Virus record (IMG/VR): IMGVR_UViG_3300027583_000001
DNA length: 41,808 nt
Direction: 5' to 3' (one strand)
From: a virus
Made by a program: the position numbers and the translations under genes. The notes below the pieces were generated by a model. It did no database searches and was not told the origin of the DNA. It worked only from the letters and a program-made list of their open reading frames with translations. This document shows, in pieces, positions 40,188 through 41,808 of this stretch; position 1 is the first letter of the stretch; each line of letters opens with the position of its first letter.

Positions 40188-40643
40188 CTAATCTCCCAAC
40201 CACTTCGAGTAGAATTTCTCGACTTCGGTGTATTTCAGCCTCTCAAAAAGCCAAGACGCATCCTTATGCATCTTAGACCCTACAAACATGCGCTGCACGC
40301 CTCTATTACGGGCTTCCTGCTCGACAAACCGAAAGAGTTTTACCCCTGCCATGCCGCCGCGGGCTTTAGGGTGTATCCAGAAAATATCCATTTGCAAGGT
40401 GAGGCAGGTCTTGTAATGCAGTCCTGGGGCCACGAACCCGACAAAATAGCCGACGATTTCCCCCGCCTCTCGCGCGCAAATGAACATCACTTGACCCAAT
40501 GCTTCCCGGTCGAGATACACGTCGTACTGGGGGTCTAAGGGTACTTTGTCCTGATTGAGCGCCAACTCTTTCCAGTGCTCAGGAAACAACGGGATGAGAT
40601 TTGGCAGCTCATCAGACAGAAGTTCTACGGCGAAGGTAATCAT
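40188..40643 (-). CDS. GNAT-family N-acetyltransferase
   Basis: 151 aa. GEIVGYFVGFV...LQMDIFWIHPKARGGMAGVKLFRFVEQEARNRGVQRMFVGS has the GNAT beta4-alpha3-beta5 layout. Confidence 0.7.
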   Translation of the reverse strand: MITFAVELLSDELPNLIPLFPEHWKELALNQDKVPLDPQYDVYLDREALGQVMFICAREAGEIVGYFVGFVAPGLHYKTCLTLQMDIFWIHPKARGGMAGVKLFRFVEQEARNRGVQRMFVGSKMHKDASWLFERLKYTEVEKFYSKWLGD

Positions 40644-41227
40644 ACGGGCTGCGTCGGCAGTTCCCCCTTGAATGAGAGGTGTTGAGTGCGAATGTCGATA
40701 ATGAGGTGGATTCGATCCCCGGCGCTGTTATTGAACACCTCATGCTCAATAGCGTTTTGAAACCACCACACCTCCCCCGTTGCCATCTGTACGCGCTCAT
40801 CCCCGCACCTAAAGTCCACTCCTGGGGTGCTTTGAACCACGTAGTGAAACCGATCCCAGTAATCAGCATGTACGGGGGTGTCGGCATGAGGAAATATCCG
40901 CCCACCGGGCCTGATCTTGTTCAGCATCACTCGTCCTAGACGCTCCCCCTCAACCGTGGTCATCAGATTGAAGATAAGCCCCCTGGAAGCCGGTAAATGC
41001 AGCGTCCCATCCATCCACGCGCATTCGTGCTGATCCTTCGTACCGCGCTCTAATTCGCTTAGCGAGGCTGGCGGAAAGCGCAAGAAGATCGTCTCCACGT
41101 CATTAAACGGCCCTTGCGGATAGTCGCGAAGGTAGGTATCGGCCTTCCACAGTTCAGGTTGCCGCTGGATCTGCACCATCAGCGGGGTCATGTTGATGCC
41201 TTGGGCAAGCCTCAGAAAGTTCTTCAT
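40640..41227 (-). CDS. Aspartyl/asparaginyl beta-hydroxylase-family (cupin-fold Fe(II)/2OG) oxygenase
   Basis: 195 aa. IFPHADTPVHADYWDRFHYVV...GEVWWFQNAIEHEVFNNSAGDRIHLIIDIR matches the Asp_Arg_Hydrox pattern (H.D....R.H, GE.W.F....H.V.N.S...R.HL..D). Confidence 0.75.
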   Translation of the reverse strand: MKNFLRLAQGINMTPLMVQIQRQPELWKADTYLRDYPQGPFNDVETIFLRFPPASLSELERGTKDQHECAWMDGTLHLPASRGLIFNLMTTVEGERLGRVMLNKIRPGGRIFPHADTPVHADYWDRFHYVVQSTPGVDFRCGDERVQMATGEVWWFQNAIEHEVFNNSAGDRIHLIIDIRTQHLSFKGELPTQPV

Positions 41228-41490
41228 ACCACCGCCCCGCTGGCGTTATGCCACACGATAGACGGGCTGATTTGATGCACGAACACCGGATACCCTAGTG
41301 TTTGGTCGTAATAGGATAGGCCTATCCACAGGTTCTTCGTCGGTCGAGCGGCCGTCGTTCCGAACTGCCCGATAGGCCCTAACCACTGCTGAATACCCCC
41401 GAACCACGCCTGATAGAGCTTATCGAGCAAATCCCCCTTTTGCGTGATGATGGGCCGGGTCGGGATGGGAGTTGTGCTATTGAAGCTCAT
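41224..41490 (-). CDS. Hypothetical virion-module protein (88 aa) directly after the gp10-like gene
   Basis: Coupled at both ends. Contains GTTAARPTKNLWIGLSYYDQTLGYPVFV...VWHNASG. Confidence 0.55.
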   Translation of the reverse strand: MSFNSTTPIPTRPIITQKGDLLDKLYQAWFGGIQQWLGPIGQFGTTAARPTKNLWIGLSYYDQTLGYPVFVHQISPSIVWHNASGAVV

Positions 41491-41808
41491 CCCATCTTCT
41501 CCGCGGGAGGTCTTTCGGCAATCTTGATCGCCCCTTCGGTAATGACGAACTTCACCGGGTCACTCATGCGAATTTTGAACACGTAGTCCCGTGCCGAGCC
41601 AAACCGTCTCCACAAAACCCTGGTCAGATAGGTGCCCACCGCTCCCAACGTCACCCACCGCTCGGCTGACCATGTTCGACCGTTATCCTTGGAGGTTTGC
41701 AGCATGATCTGCGGGTTAGAGCCCTGGCCGGTCTGTAAGCCAACGCCTGTTTCCATATCGAGATACAGCAAGGATATGCGAATGCGGTTGAAGTTCGAGA
41801 GGATGTGC
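41487..41808 (-). CDS. C-terminal part of the gp10-like tail hub gene (continues from 1..1217 across the circular junction)
   Basis: The track ORF 41487..41771 starts at a TTG that is simply an internal Leu codon of the wrapped gene. It ends ...RVLWRRFGSARDYVFKIRMSDPVKFVITEGAIKIAERPPAEKMG, compared with the P22 gp10 end ...RVLWKRVGRIRRLIGFKLRVITKSPVTLSGCQIRLE as I recall it. Confidence 0.8.
   Translation of the reverse strand, partial: HILSNFNRIRISLLYLDMETGVGLQTGQGSNPQIMLQTSKDNGRTWSAERWVTLGAVGTYLTRVLWRRFGSARDYVFKIRMSDPVKFVITEGAIKIAERPPAEKMG
41710..41808. repeat. Terminal direct repeat copy 2 (identical to 1-99)
   Basis: 99 of 99 identical to the window start. Confidence 0.97.

Noticed and set aside
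1-41808. Diversity-generating retroelement (as in the BPP-1 podophage), retron, CRISPR array, integrase/attP, toxin-antitoxin pair
   Set aside because: No reverse-transcriptase motifs (YxDD context) appear in any frame I read. There is no template/variable repeat pair near the RBP genes, no regularly spaced direct repeats, and no tyrosine or serine recombinase motifs. Nothing supports these beyond the phage context.

Overview
The window is a complete, circularly closed dsDNA phage genome. Bases 1-99 recur exactly at 41710-41808, so the unique length is 41,709 bp, and one gene (P22 gp10-like tail hub) is intact only when the ends are joined. Two transcription blocks diverge from a 64-bp control region near 19.8 kb. 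The plus-strand block (19866-27515) holds about 25 mostly small early genes. The minus-strand block runs 19801 -> 1 -> wrap -> 27402. It carries small early-left genes, terS/terL/HNH, portal, scaffold, HK97-fold coat, adaptor, tail hub, three ejection proteins, two receptor-binding proteins and a lysis cassette. The order and sizes of portal (721 aa), scaffold, coat, gp4-like, gp10-like and the 223/475/647-aa ejection trio mirror the P22 virion module. No tape measure or tail tube is present, so I infer a podovirus. Several features are unusual. (1) Seven enzyme genes sit inside the virion module: a GT9 glycosyltransferase with a four-Cys tail, two SAM methyltransferases, a cupin, a PurD-like ATP-grasp, a GNAT and an Asp/Asn beta-hydroxylase. 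My top candidate for an undescribed system is virion-protein glycosylation or tailoring. (2) A roughly 650-bp ORF-poor, helix-rich island with back-to-back terminators at one end could be a structured RNA, an origin, or both. (3) There is a GH71-like glucanase, a secreted PASTA-domain protein and an SSB-like protein ending in DDDLPF. (4) I see no recognisable polymerase, helicase, primase, integrase or reverse transcriptase. I also see no rRNA, canonical tRNA or CRISPR array. All homology calls come from motif recognition by eye, not database searches. The host is unknown.
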